Positions 51,054 to 60,806 are shown, numbered from the stretch's first letter. The stretch is 64,000 bases of DNA from an uncultured bacterium (GCA_964613215.1 CAZTHK010000002.1:149685-213684); one strand, 5' to 3'. The notes: generated by a model from the letters alone, not told the origin. A program made the numbers and translations.

Positions 51054-53534
51054 ATGCGATCAGGTGAAATCATAAACCTGCTTAAATCTCTTCGTCTGAA
51101 TCCTCACGGAGGATCCATCTGTTCTGTTCTGGGTGTTCTGGAGGATGCTCTCCGGCCTGCATTCCGGCAGCACAGTCTGGTACTGCATATTCCGGGCGAG
51201 AGGATGGTTTATATTACCAGCTGGCCTATGGGGATAGACCGGGACATATTTGCAGAGGCCCTCAATATCAGCAATACCGGCGACCTTGAGTGGGTGATTC
51301 TCAATATCGGCAGTGAGGGAGAGGCGAGGACCGGGGATGATGAAATATCAGTCTGCCGGATACCGTTGTACCGCCGTCACCGGAGTTTCGGTTTCCTGTC
51401 CCTGATCAGGTGGGATGGCAGTTCATTCGATAATTCGGGAAGGGAGGCGCTTCCCCTTCTTTCTGAGGTGTTCTCACTGATAATTGTGCCCTGTATCGGG
51501 GACAGCGGGAGTGAACCTGCCGGGTCGGGCCGGGAACCAACACTGAAGGAGCAGCTGCTGGATGCGGCGGGGTACGATGAGGATATGGAGACGGTCTTAT
51601 CCAGGATGATGGAGCTCTCCCGGGCGGATTACTGCGGTTTCTTCTCATCCGGTAATGGTGCAGATATTTATCTGATGCTGGGTTCACCGAAGCTTGCCGG
51701 CGCCATAGGTGAGGTAGAACACAAACTTGTCAAGGCATACAGTATGTTTTCCAACACCGCCGAACCGGATGATTTTACCGGGAGGGTATTTTACCGGAGT
51801 GGCGGAGTGGGGGATATCTATACGGAGGGCGATTCCGCCATAAAGAGCCATTTCCTGGTACCTGTTCTCTACGGTGGAGAGGTCAGGGGAATCCTGTTCT
51901 TCGGCAGTGTCCGCAGGGAGGCATTTGTCAGGGAGAACATATCGGTATTCCACTCCATGGCTGACAGCAGCGGGGAGAGGGAGAGAGTTGTTCATTCCCT
52001 GGAATCCGATTCCGGTATGCTGGAGAGATGGTTGTCAGTCATACCATTCGGCTGTGCCCTTATATCACCATCCGGGGAAATTATAACCTCCAACCGGAGA
52101 TTCCGGGATATTCTGGGAATAGGGGGCCGGATACCCCCCAGCATAACCGGTATAAACAGGGTAAGTGAATACAATTTCAAGGGATTGTGGAAGGAATTCA
52201 ATGCTACTCAGAATGAAATGGAGGGAAGGCTGCTGAGCTCCGGCTCGGAGAACGGAGGAATCCTCTCGGTAACCTGGGTGAATGCCCCCTCCTGCAGTGG
52301 TGAAAGCGGTTCCCTGGTGATGATTCAGGATATTACCGGGCAGATGAGGAAGAGGGAGGAGGAGAGGCGATTCGTAGCTACGGTGGCACATGAGCTCAGA
52401 ACCCCTCTTACAGCATTGAAGAATTCCCTCAAGATTCTGATGGAGCTTGCCGGTAAAGAAGACAGAGCTGATGCCGGAAATAGTGATAAGGCCGGACCGG
52501 CGAAAAAGTTTCTGACCACAGCAACGAGGACGCTGAACAAACTCAGTGTGCTGGTGGATGGATTGATTGATGTATACAAATTATCCGGTAGTGAGGATAC
52601 CGTGGATGCAGAGGTGGTGGATGTGAAGGATTTCATCGGGGAAGCCTCCACCCTGTTCATGGAATCGATGAACAGGAAGAATATACGGTTCCGGGTAGAG
52701 ACCGGAAGCAGCATATCTGAGATGGAGCTGGACAGAAACCGGATCGAGCAGGTAATCCAGAATCTGATCTCCAACTCGGTAAAAAACACCATTGCCGGCG
52801 GTGAGATTTCGGTGACTGTTTCGGCAGCCGGGAAGCCGGCCAGGAAACTCTTCCCCCTGGTTCCCTGGGACTATCTGCCCCGGCCGGAGGTGATCGACAT
52901 TGCAGTGAGGGATTCGGGGAGTGGTATCCCTGATGAAGTATCGGAATACATCTCCGGAGAGAACGGTGACTACGGGGTGAGGAAACCACCCGGGCTGGGG
53001 CTGCTGATATCCAGGGAGCTGGTAAAACGTCATGGAGGGAGAGTAGAGATAGAATCGGGCCGAGATATCGGAAGTGTGGTGCATCTGTATCTCTTCCGCC
53101 GGATAGAGACCGGCATGATGGTCAGAACGGTGGAAAACATTCAGAGCATAGTTAATGACTTTCTTAAGAAGGGGAAGTCACCGGTGGTCTATACCCTGGT
53201 AAAGAAGGGCGGGGGATGCTGGATCGAGCTGTCGGGAATGTGGCGGAAGAGTCCTGTGCTCGAACCGGAATCTGCCGAGATCAACGACCTGGAGCTTTAT
53301 CTCTGGCCTCTGGGAGAGAAGATAGCCATCGGTGTTACCTGCAACCAGAACATGATTGAACAGCCCGTCTCGGCCCTGTCAGCAGGCCGGGAGGGATTGA
53401 GGGTGGTAAAGCCGCCCGACAGCGGTGTAATCGATATAGGATGGGCGGTCAGCCCCCGGGATGGAATAAAATTTGCGGAACTGCTTGATAGATCCTTAGA
53501 GATGGTCAGAGAGCGGGTTACCGCTACCGTTTAG
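51054..53534 (+). CDS. Sensor histidine kinase (GAF-like/PAS-like sensory region, HisKA, HATPase) with ~170-aa C-terminal extension of unknown function
   Basis: H-box FVATVAHELRTPL; N, G1, G2 boxes (NLISNSVKNT...GLGL); extra domain after HATPase. Confidence 0.8.
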   Translation: MRSGEIINLLKSLRLNPHGGSICSVLGVLEDALRPAFRQHSLVLHIPGERMVYITSWPMGIDRDIFAEALNISNTGDLEWVILNIGSEGEARTGDDEISVCRIPLYRRHRSFGFLSLIRWDGSSFDNSGREALPLLSEVFSLIIVPCIGDSGSEPAGSGREPTLKEQLLDAAGYDEDMETVLSRMMELSRADYCGFFSSGNGADIYLMLGSPKLAGAIGEVEHKLVKAYSMFSNTAEPDDFTGRVFYRSGGVGDIYTEGDSAIKSHFLVPVLYGGEVRGILFFGSVRREAFVRENISVFHSMADSSGERERVVHSLESDSGMLERWLSVIPFGCALISPSGEIITSNRRFRDILGIGGRIPPSITGINRVSEYNFKGLWKEFNATQNEMEGRLLSSGSENGGILSVTWVNAPSCSGESGSLVMIQDITGQMRKREEERRFVATVAHELRTPLTALKNSLKILMELAGKEDRADAGNSDKAGPAKKFLTTATRTLNKLSVLVDGLIDVYKLSGSEDTVDAEVVDVKDFIGEASTLFMESMNRKNIRFRVETGSSISEMELDRNRIEQVIQNLISNSVKNTIAGGEISVTVSAAGKPARKLFPLVPWDYLPRPEVIDIAVRDSGSGIPDEVSEYISGENGDYGVRKPPGLGLLISRELVKRHGGRVEIESGRDIGSVVHLYLFRRIETGMMVRTVENIQSIVNDFLKKGKSPVVYTLVKKGGGCWIELSGMWRKSPVLEPESAEINDLELYLWPLGEKIAIGVTCNQNMIEQPVSALSAGREGLRVVKPPDSGVIDIGWAVSPRDGIKFAELLDRSLEMVRERVTATV

Positions 53535-53548
53535 AAAGGAGAAGATAG

Positions 53549-53956
53549 ATGCATGAAGGAAGGATTCTCATCGTCGAGGATGATGAGGATATCGTTGAAA
53601 CCGTAAAGTACAGTCTCGAATTGAGGGGATTCGAAGTAGATGCCGTTTACGACGGGCTCCATGCCCTTCGCAAGGCCAGAAAAAATGAGTATGATCTGAT
53701 GCTGCTCGACATCATGCTTCCCGGTAAGAACGGTTATGAAGTAGCCAGGATACTCAAGGAGGAGATGGAAGAGGGCAAGATAAGGCCATTCCGGATCCTG
53801 GTTCTTACCGCCCGCAAGGTGGACAAGCCGGAGCGGGAGGAATTTCTGAGAACCTGGTCCCAGGTTGATGAATTCATGTATAAGCCGTTCGAGATAGATG
53901 ATCTGATCGACCGGATCATATATCATCTCAAACAGAATCTGCAGGAGGCCTATTAA
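53549..53956 (+). CDS. Stand-alone response regulator receiver (CheY-like)
   Basis: ILIVEDDEDI...LMLLDIMLPG phospho-Asp pocket; 135 aa, no output domain. Confidence 0.85.
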   Translation: MHEGRILIVEDDEDIVETVKYSLELRGFEVDAVYDGLHALRKARKNEYDLMLLDIMLPGKNGYEVARILKEEMEEGKIRPFRILVLTARKVDKPEREEFLRTWSQVDEFMYKPFEIDDLIDRIIYHLKQNLQEAY

Positions 53957-54003
53957 GAGGATGGAGCAGGTTTATCGGCTCCGGTGCCGGGCAGGAAGAA
54001 AAC

Positions 54004-54687
54004 ATGCGAAATGAAATGATCGAAGGGCTCAGGCCCGACGACTATCTTACATCCATATTCGACAGCTCCCCCTTTGCCCTGATATCCCTGGATATGAGGC
54101 TGAGGGTGGTGCTGTTCAACCGCTCTGCTGAGAAGCTGACCGGGCTGAAGCACCGGGATGTAGCGGGACTGAGGATAAACAGGATAATAGAGTATAAGCA
54201 TATCAGAAATATAATAGATCTTATCAGAAAGAGGGGCAGCGTATATCTCAGCTCATACCTGGCCAGGCTAAGGGGCAGTGGCAACAGAGAGATCCCGGTC
54301 AAACTCAGCATATCACCACTGGAGGATAACCAGCAGAGGCTGCTGGGCATCCTGCTTATCGCTCTCGACATCAGGGAGATAAAGCGCCTCCAGTCACACC
54401 TGCTCGATGCCGAGCGGCTGGCCGCAATCACAGAAACCGCAGTGAGTATCAATCACGAGATCAACAATCCCCTGTGCTCCATCCTGGGCAACACCCAGCT
54501 GCTGCTTATGAACAGGGAGAAGCTGGATAAGAAGACTATCCGCAAGCTGGAGAGCATAGAGAAGGAGATAATGCGGATACAGAAGACCGCCCGGAAGCTT
54601 TCCCGGATCACTAGGCCGGTGCTGAAGGAGTACGTCAGCGGTACCAGAATGCTGGACGTGGAAAAGTCAGGTACCGATAAAGATTAG
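54004..54687 (+). CDS. PAS domain + HisKA (phosphoacceptor) protein lacking ATPase domain
   Basis: PAS (LRVVLFNRSAEKLTGL), H-box HEINNPL; ORF ends ~70 aa after H-box with no GHKL motifs. Confidence 0.65.
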   Translation: MRNEMIEGLRPDDYLTSIFDSSPFALISLDMRLRVVLFNRSAEKLTGLKHRDVAGLRINRIIEYKHIRNIIDLIRKRGSVYLSSYLARLRGSGNREIPVKLSISPLEDNQQRLLGILLIALDIREIKRLQSHLLDAERLAAITETAVSINHEINNPLCSILGNTQLLLMNREKLDKKTIRKLESIEKEIMRIQKTARKLSRITRPVLKEYVSGTRMLDVEKSGTDKD

Positions 54688-54833
54688 ACATAGAATTCTG
54701 CACAGAGATAACTAAGCTTTACATAAAAATCAACAGAAGAATCCGGCATAAAAGTTGTACCAGTAACAAATAGCATGAATTATAATAACTTCATGCAAAG
54801 TCTGATAGTTACAGCCCCAGGCACAAGAAATAG

Positions 54834-54861
54834 TTGACATTACCGCCAGAATAGTTAACAT
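54834..54861 (+). promoter_or_regulatory. Sigma70-type promoter for tRNA-Phe: -35 TTGACA (54834-54839), 16-nt spacer, -10 TAACAT (54856-54861)
   Basis: perfect -35 hexamer, appropriate spacing, 11 nt before tRNA 5' end. Confidence 0.5.
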
Positions 54862-54872
54862 TACTGTCTGAT

Positions 54873-54945
54873 GGGAAGGTAGCTCAGTCGGTAGAGCAAC
54901 TGATTGAAAATCAGTGTGTCGGCGGTTCGATTCCGTCCCTTCCCA
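54873..54945 (+). tRNA. tRNA-Phe (anticodon GAA), 73 nt, CCA not encoded
   Basis: hand-folded cloverleaf: acceptor GGGAAGG/CCTTCCC, D-arm GCTC-AGTCGGTA-GAGC, anticodon stem ACTGA/TCAGT with loop TTGAAAA, T-arm GGCGG-TTCGATT-CCGTC, discriminator A. Confidence 0.9.
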
Positions 54946-54977
54946 TATTGTTATTTGCCACCAGATAATTAATTGTT

Positions 54978-55169
54978 TTAACCAGCCTTGTTCTCTGACT
55001 CTATCTTCTTCATCAGTTTTTCATGTTGGCTGGAAGCCTGTGTTATCCTTGCCAGAATTGCCAAAAAACATGCACCACAGATAATTCCGACACCCATTGT
55101 AGCTTCCGTTAAAAATAAAGCTCCAACAAAAGCCACTAATAAAGCGATGATAACCAGTAAAATAGTCAT
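54978..55169 (-). CDS. Possible small membrane protein (63 aa)
   Basis: ORF only; two hydrophobic segments; no homology recognised. Confidence 0.25.
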   Translation of the reverse strand: MTILLVIIALLVAFVGALFLTEATMGVGIICGACFLAILARITQASSQHEKLMKKIESENKAG

Positions 55170-55585
55170 TTTACCTCCTGATTTAATCTATTGTACAAAG
55201 ACCTTCCCGAGTTACAATAAAGCAAAGTTTTTATTATTTCTTAAATTGATTTTTAATATTTCCCCAGCTCCATGAAATTAGTTTATCACGAATCAACTTT
55301 AAACTCTATATTGCAGCAAAGCGCTGAGTATGAATTCGTAATGATTTTTCCAGGTTTGGGCCGGCATATAATAATAATTCCTGGATAATAAACTTTTTTC
55401 TGCAGATCACCCTCGTTTGATTGAGAAATACTTTCGCTCTAACATGTTGTTCAATACACTTATGTAAGGGAAAAAACAGAACGGTTAATAGTGGTTCCCG
55501 GGTTTCCCTGTGAATCCTGGTGATTCTCGGGATACTACCCGGACCTGGTTAGGCATTCGGCCAGGTCTACACTATCACCGGAGCT

Positions 55586-55602
55586 TAAGGCCGGCTGATA
55601 TG
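55586..55602. promoter_or_regulatory. Operator-like inverted repeat TGTCA-CTTTC-TGACAG, related to the AbiEi promoter palindrome
   Basis: shares core TGTCA-N5-TGACAG with 56078-56102 site; a further TGACA half-site follows 10 nt downstream. Confidence 0.3.
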
Positions 55603-56044
55603 AAAATGTTATAAATTGTCACTTTCTGACAGTATCTGACATATAACGGATGGATATACCGAATAACTGGTTGTTTTATAGATTCTTGTTAATCCGGGCA
55701 GTTAAATTAAATGTGGAGTTTCCCCAAAAAATGATGCAGGAATTTCATAAGATAATAAATAACAAGCCGTTATTAATATTGATAAGTGGAATATGTTTTC
55801 CGGGGTTTTTTCATCCGTTGCCTGGTGCTTCAAAACCCTCTGCGGGGAGAGCGGGCATGGTTTTCTGCCCCGGAGGGGCAGAAAGAGCGAGCCCGAGACG
55901 GGAGCTGCGATTCCCACGCTGGGGGAGTCGACAGCGATTTTGAAACACCAGGCAGCGGAATCATAGAGGTCGAATGAAAATTGGGGAAACTCCAGAGAAG
56001 AGTTACCTTGGTTTTTCTGATTTCGCTATCAGTTCGAATATTTC

Positions 56045-56102
56045 TTGCATAATCAAGCTTTATGTATATAATTGATAGAAACTGTCACAATATGACAGTT
56101 TC
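56045..56102 (+). promoter_or_regulatory. abiE promoter (-35 TTGCAT 56045-50, -10 TATAAT 56067-72) with overlapping perfect palindromic operator GAAACTGTCA-CAATA-TGACAGTTTC (56078-56102)
   Basis: 10-bp perfect inverted repeat with 5-nt spacer starting at predicted TSS, immediately upstream of AbiEi-like gene. Confidence 0.5.
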
Positions 56103-56110
56103 TTGCAAAT

Positions 56111-56761
56111 ATGAGGTATATAATGCAACCATTGACCAGGAAAGTTTTTGAAGAACTACCGCGCAGTGATTTCACCATGGAGGATGTAATTGCCTTATTC
56201 CCCGTCAATGGTCAGCGCAGGTACGGGCTGGTAAAACGGGCTATTGCCAGTGGAGAGGTGATTCATATCCGAAGGGGGCTTTATTGTCTCGCTCCACAGT
56301 ACCGGAAGAGAAAGGTGAATCTATATTCTTTAGCTCAGCGCATCAACGGTCCCTCGTATATCAGCCTTGAATCAGCCTTGAGTTGGTATGGTTGGATTCC
56401 CGAAGCCGTATATACACTAACCAGTGTATCATTAAACAGGTCCAGGGATTTCGATACTCCCCTGGCTTTTTTCAGCTATACCAGGGTTCCCCAGAAGGTC
56501 TTTTATACTTCTGTGCAAAGGATTACTGATGATGATGACAATTCTTTTCTGATGGCAACACCGCTGAAGGCTCTGGCTGATTATGTGTATGTGAATAAGA
56601 AGGACTGGGCTGGTGCAAAACCTGTAACCGAGAGCATGCGAATCGATCGGGAGGAGTTAGGATCAATAACTGACGGCGAGATTCAACTGCTGATCAGTAA
56701 TTACAATAGCCGTAGAGTTAAAAAATTTCTTAAGGGATTGGAGAGGGATCTTAAATCATGA
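56111..56761 (+). CDS. AbiEi-like antitoxin/transcriptional regulator (type IV TA); probable start at second ATG 56123 (GAGG 6 nt upstream)
   Basis: N-terminal winged-helix region with conserved IHIRRGLYCL (AbiEi_4-like), ~210 aa, translationally overlapping downstream nucleotidyltransferase gene (ATGA). Confidence 0.65.
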   Translation: MRYIMQPLTRKVFEELPRSDFTMEDVIALFPVNGQRRYGLVKRAIASGEVIHIRRGLYCLAPQYRKRKVNLYSLAQRINGPSYISLESALSWYGWIPEAVYTLTSVSLNRSRDFDTPLAFFSYTRVPQKVFYTSVQRITDDDDNSFLMATPLKALADYVYVNKKDWAGAKPVTESMRIDREELGSITDGEIQLLISNYNSRRVKKFLKGLERDLKS

Positions 56762-57624
56762 GCGTTAAAATTATTCAGAACAGGCTTGATTCCTATAATT
56801 GCAAAACGGACTTGGAGGAGGAGCAGGCTCTCCGGGAAATCACTCAGGAAGTTTCACTGGCGGCGCTGTCGAGAACCGATTTTTTCAAATCCGCAGCATT
56901 TCAGGGGGGGACCTGCCTTCGTATATTTTACGGATCCAACCGTTTCTCGGAGGATTTCGATTTTCTTTTAAAGAAACCTGACGGCAGTTTTAATCTGAGC
57001 CCCTATTTGAATAAAGTTTCAGATGAATTGGATGCATATGGTTACAAACTGGAATTATCAGACCGGTCGAAGGAGGGAGGCACAGTTAAAAAAGCATTTA
57101 TCAAGAATTCTTCGATCGGTAAAATTTTAAGGTTGAAGTATTTGAAACCTGATAGATCCATGCGTAAAATCAGAATTAAGTTCGAAGTCGATACCAATCC
57201 CCCGGCGGGAAGCAATTATGAAGTCAAATATATGGATTTTCCATTTGTTAGTTCAGTAACAGTTCAGGATCTTCCCAGCCTTTTTGCCGGTAAAATACAT
57301 GCAATGTTGTGCAGGGATTATGTGAAGGGAAGGGACTGGTATGATTTCATCTGGTATACCTCGAGGGGAACCGGTATTAACTACCGGTTTCTTGCTTCGG
57401 CTCTAAAGCAGCAGGGCCCATGGAGGGGGGAGGATATGGAGGTTGGCAGCAGATGGGTTCTGGAGGCACTGCGAGAGAAGATAATCACACTTGACTGGAA
57501 GAAGGCAAGAGAAGATATAAGGCGGTTTTTACAGCCCTCCGAACTGGCATCGCTGGAGCTGTGGTCGCAGGAGCTATTCCTTGACCGCCTGGAAAATTAT
57601 GCTTCCGGAATGAATAAATATTAG
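56758..57624 (+). CDS. AbiEii/AbiGii-family nucleotidyltransferase toxin (type IV TA, DUF1814)
   Basis: conserved GGTCLRIFYGSNRFSEDFDF nucleotidyltransferase motif region; 288 aa; paired with AbiEi-like gene. Confidence 0.75.
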   Translation: MSVKIIQNRLDSYNCKTDLEEEQALREITQEVSLAALSRTDFFKSAAFQGGTCLRIFYGSNRFSEDFDFLLKKPDGSFNLSPYLNKVSDELDAYGYKLELSDRSKEGGTVKKAFIKNSSIGKILRLKYLKPDRSMRKIRIKFEVDTNPPAGSNYEVKYMDFPFVSSVTVQDLPSLFAGKIHAMLCRDYVKGRDWYDFIWYTSRGTGINYRFLASALKQQGPWRGEDMEVGSRWVLEALREKIITLDWKKAREDIRRFLQPSELASLELWSQELFLDRLENYASGMNKY

Positions 57625-57640
57625 TGAAATACTATTCTAA

Positions 57641-57690
57641 TAACCCTGAGGGTAGAGTTCCACGGGTTTGGCCGTGGGTTATGTACTAAT
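57641..57690 (+). promoter_or_regulatory. Conserved leader element copy 3: AACCCTGAGGGTAGAGTTCC + perfect hairpin CCACGG-GTTTGG-CCGTGG + GTTATG
   Basis: begins 17 nt after AbiEii stop, 230 nt upstream of cstA. Confidence 0.45.
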
Positions 57691-57921
57691 CCAAAGGGCA
57701 GAATTCAATCTGTTAGCACATAAGTGCATGTAATCCCCCCGGAGGGCTTCCAGCTGAGTGGGTAATTTTTATAACTAATGCAACGGGCCTGCCCGTGAAT
57801 GACCACATTAAAGTTATTGTTATTCCCCCCCGGCTTGTTGTAGAATGAAAGGTTGTTAATTTTGCAACCAGGCCGACGGCCGGCCGGTGGAGACCGGAAC
57901 AGCAGATAACTGGAGGGATTT

Positions 57922-59640
57922 ATGACTACCACATTGATCCTTATAATCGGTCTGGTACTGTATGTTCTGCTTTACTTCATATACGGTAAGAGGCTGGAAA
58001 GGATTGTAAAGGCCGACGACAGCTGTGAAGCACCCTCTCACCGCTATTACGATGGGGTGGATTACATACCGGCGAAGAGGGAGGTGCTTTTCGGTCATCA
58101 CTTCGCCTCCATAGCGGGTGCTGCTCCCATAATAGGACCGGTGCTGGCAATGGCCTGGGGCTGGGCTCCGGCCATTCTGTGGGTGTGGCTGGGAAATATC
58201 TTTATGGGAGCGGTTCATGATTATCTGGCGGTTATGGCATCGGTGAGATACCGGGGAAAATCGATACAGTTTGTTGCCTCCGATCTGATATCCAGCCGTA
58301 CGGGGAAGAACTTCTACTGGCTGGTCTTCTTTCTGCTTATTCTGATCATAGCCGCCTTCGGAGCGGTTATCGCAGGGATGTTCATACATGATCCCTCTGT
58401 GGCTTCATCATATATATTCATTATTATCTCAGCCCTTCTGCTGGGTGTGATGATGTACCGGCTTAAATGGAATTTTATCCTTTCCACGGTGATAGGGGTT
58501 GTCCTGCTGGGATTTTCACTGTGGCTGGGGATAAGGGTTCCCATAACCCTGGGCTGGAACAGCTGGATCCTGATCCTGTTTTTTTACATCATCATAGCTG
58601 CTTCCATACCGGTTAATATACTGTTGCAGCCCCGGGACTATCTGAATTCATATCTGCTCTACGCCGGGCTGATAATAGGAGGGCTGGCTGCTCTGTTCAG
58701 CCTGCATAAATTCGCAGTACCGGCATTTACCACCTTCGCTCCGATTATCTCCCACGGGAAGCCCACCCCATTCTGGCCGGCCATTGTTCTTATAATTGCC
58801 TGCGGGTCTCTGTCGGGTTTTCACTCACTGGTGGGGTCGGGCACAACTTCCAAACAGATCAATTGTGAATCAGATGTTCTTCCCATAGGCTACGGGTGCA
58901 TGCTGGCGGAGGGTTTTCTCTCCACCATTGTTATTATATCCATAGCCGGTTTCGGATACGGGCTGCTCAAGGCGAAGGCGGGCGCCGAAATAACCAGCTG
59001 GGGAAGCGACTACACCCGGCTTATGATGGAGCACTATCCCAAGGCGGTGATGTTCACCCATTCCTACTCCGAGATGGTGGATTCAACCTTCCTCAAATTC
59101 ATCCCGCAGAAGATAATCGCCGTGCTGGCGGGGATGTGGGTCGCCTCATTTGCCCTTACCACTCTGGATACCACCAACCGGCTGGCCAGGTACACCATTG
59201 CTGAGATGCTCAAACCCCTGGAGGATAGCGCCCGGGGACTGTACAACATTCTCTCCAACAAGTGGGTAGCATCTGTGATACCGGCAGCTATTGGTATGTG
59301 GCTGGCCTGGAGCAGGAACTTCACCATACTTTGGCCCTCCTTCAGTACTGCCAACCAGCTTATCGCATCCATAGCACTTCTGACCACTACGGTGTGGCTT
59401 AAAAAGAGAGTGAAAGCAGGCAGCATGAAGATTGCCCTGATACCTGCCATGATACTGTGGTTTACCGTAACCGGGGCGATAGTCTGGTTCGGAGCAGCCG
59501 TTCTGCCTTCCACCATCAGCACCGATCCGGCCACCGGAATTGCAGTAACCCTGATCGAGGTAGTAATGTTCGTTCTGAATATCGTATTTATCCGGGATTT
59601 TATTATAAGCTACAGGGAGCCGGTAGAGGGTGAAGTTTAA
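57922..59640 (+). CDS. cstA: Carbon starvation protein A family transporter (CstA)
   Basis: conserved FGHHFASIAGAAPIIGPVLA motif, ~16 TM, 572 aa. Confidence 0.9.
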   Translation: MTTTLILIIGLVLYVLLYFIYGKRLERIVKADDSCEAPSHRYYDGVDYIPAKREVLFGHHFASIAGAAPIIGPVLAMAWGWAPAILWVWLGNIFMGAVHDYLAVMASVRYRGKSIQFVASDLISSRTGKNFYWLVFFLLILIIAAFGAVIAGMFIHDPSVASSYIFIIISALLLGVMMYRLKWNFILSTVIGVVLLGFSLWLGIRVPITLGWNSWILILFFYIIIAASIPVNILLQPRDYLNSYLLYAGLIIGGLAALFSLHKFAVPAFTTFAPIISHGKPTPFWPAIVLIIACGSLSGFHSLVGSGTTSKQINCESDVLPIGYGCMLAEGFLSTIVIISIAGFGYGLLKAKAGAEITSWGSDYTRLMMEHYPKAVMFTHSYSEMVDSTFLKFIPQKIIAVLAGMWVASFALTTLDTTNRLARYTIAEMLKPLEDSARGLYNILSNKWVASVIPAAIGMWLAWSRNFTILWPSFSTANQLIASIALLTTTVWLKKRVKAGSMKIALIPAMILWFTVTGAIVWFGAAVLPSTISTDPATGIAVTLIEVVMFVLNIVFIRDFIISYREPVEGEV

Positions 59641-59911
59641 TCTGTTCGGATATATAAAGAATCTGCTGGCAGGCTTTGACAGGCTTTCCAGAGACAGAGC
59701 GACCGAAACCCTGGAGTATGAACTTCAGGAGATGGAGTTCGCATTCGTTCAGATGCTGTTTTCTTCTTTTATAGGGTTGCCGGCTGTGCCGGAATCTGTG
59801 GCTCTGGAAGTTCTTCCCCATATGCAGGATGAGCTGGCCAGGCTGGAGGGACGGGCAGCCGGTTCTGAAGATCTCCTGGCGGAACTGTTCGGAAAACTGG
59901 ACTTTGAATAA
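59630..59911 (+). CDS. Small acidic hypothetical protein (93 aa, GTG start overlapping cstA stop)
   Basis: tight coupling: overlaps cstA by 11 nt, ends 1 nt before ArsA-like ATG; GAGG 6 nt upstream. Confidence 0.4.
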   Translation: MKFNLFGYIKNLLAGFDRLSRDRATETLEYELQEMEFAFVQMLFSSFIGLPAVPESVALEVLPHMQDELARLEGRAAGSEDLLAELFGKLDFE

Positions 59912-59912
59912 G

Positions 59913-60806
59913 ATGAAATGCTACTTCTTTACAGGTAAGGGGGGAACGGGAAAGACCACCGTGGCTGCTTCCCTTGGCTGGCAGCTGGCACAGAGGGGGC
60001 AAAGGACTCTCCTGGTCTCCCTCGATCCGGCCCACAGCGTGGGGGATTTCTTCTCTGCTGATATCGATGGGGAAAAAGAGATTATTCCCGGGCTCATTGT
60101 CCAGGAGCCCGATTTCGACAGCATAAACAAAGAGTACATAAGCCAGCAGCTGGATACACTCAAGGGCATGAACCGCCAGCTTACCGTGTTCAACCTGGAA
60201 CACCTTCTGGACAGCCTGGAATACTCGCCCGGCCAGGAGGAATACGCCACCATCCTGCACCTGAAAAGGACCCTGCAGGAAAATAAAAACAAATTTGATT
60301 TTATTATATTCGACACTCCCCCCACCGGCATGATACTGCGGATGTTTTCGCTGCCCTTCCGCTCGAAGCTCTGGCTGGAGAGGCTGATCAAACTGAGAAA
60401 AAAGATCGTGGACAGAAGGGAGCTTATAGGGGATATCAGAAAAAGGGAGGATGCGGATAACTATTACCGGAATGATAAGGTGCTGAAAAAGCTAAAGGAA
60501 CTCCTGGAGGATTATTCCCGGCTGGCTGATTTCTTCCAAAGGGAAGCACATATCTATCTGGTGATAAACAACGACCCGCTGGCCCTCCGGGAATCGGTAC
60601 GGCTTCGGGATAAGCTGAAGAATATGGAGATTAACTTATCCGGGGTAATAAACAACAAGTTCGATGAGTCTGACAGCACAGAGCAGCTGGAAGAAGCGGG
60701 ATTCGATCCCGGCAGTATGATAATAATAAAATCAGGGATAAACAGGGCAGAGGAAGGATACACAGTACCGGTAGATCTGATCGAGAAATTAACCAGTCAT
60801 GAGTGA
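59913..60806 (+). CDS. ArsA/Get3-family P-loop ATPase (single-domain, 297 aa); start at ATG 59913 (MKCYFFTGKGG)
   Basis: deviant Walker A GKGGTGKTT, DTPPTG signature (ArsA DTAPTGH-like), LDPAHS motif. Confidence 0.8.
   Translation: MKCYFFTGKGGTGKTTVAASLGWQLAQRGQRTLLVSLDPAHSVGDFFSADIDGEKEIIPGLIVQEPDFDSINKEYISQQLDTLKGMNRQLTVFNLEHLLDSLEYSPGQEEYATILHLKRTLQENKNKFDFIIFDTPPTGMILRMFSLPFRSKLWLERLIKLRKKIVDRRELIGDIRKREDADNYYRNDKVLKKLKELLEDYSRLADFFQREAHIYLVINNDPLALRESVRLRDKLKNMEINLSGVINNKFDESDSTEQLEEAGFDPGSMIIIKSGINRAEEGYTVPVDLIEKLTSHE

Noticed and set aside
55650-55943. 97-aa plus-strand ORF in the AT-rich region after tRNA-Phe
   Set aside because: No RBS and no recognisable domain. The composition switches from AT-rich to GC-rich mid-ORF. 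More likely it is non-coding DNA containing a GC hairpin (55864-55883).
59630-59911. Assigning the 93-aa ORF after cstA to the DUF466/YbdD family that commonly follows cstA
   Set aside because: The sequence does not resemble YbdD/YjiX, which has a conserved C-terminal GGxxRCC. It is retained only as an unclassified small ORF.
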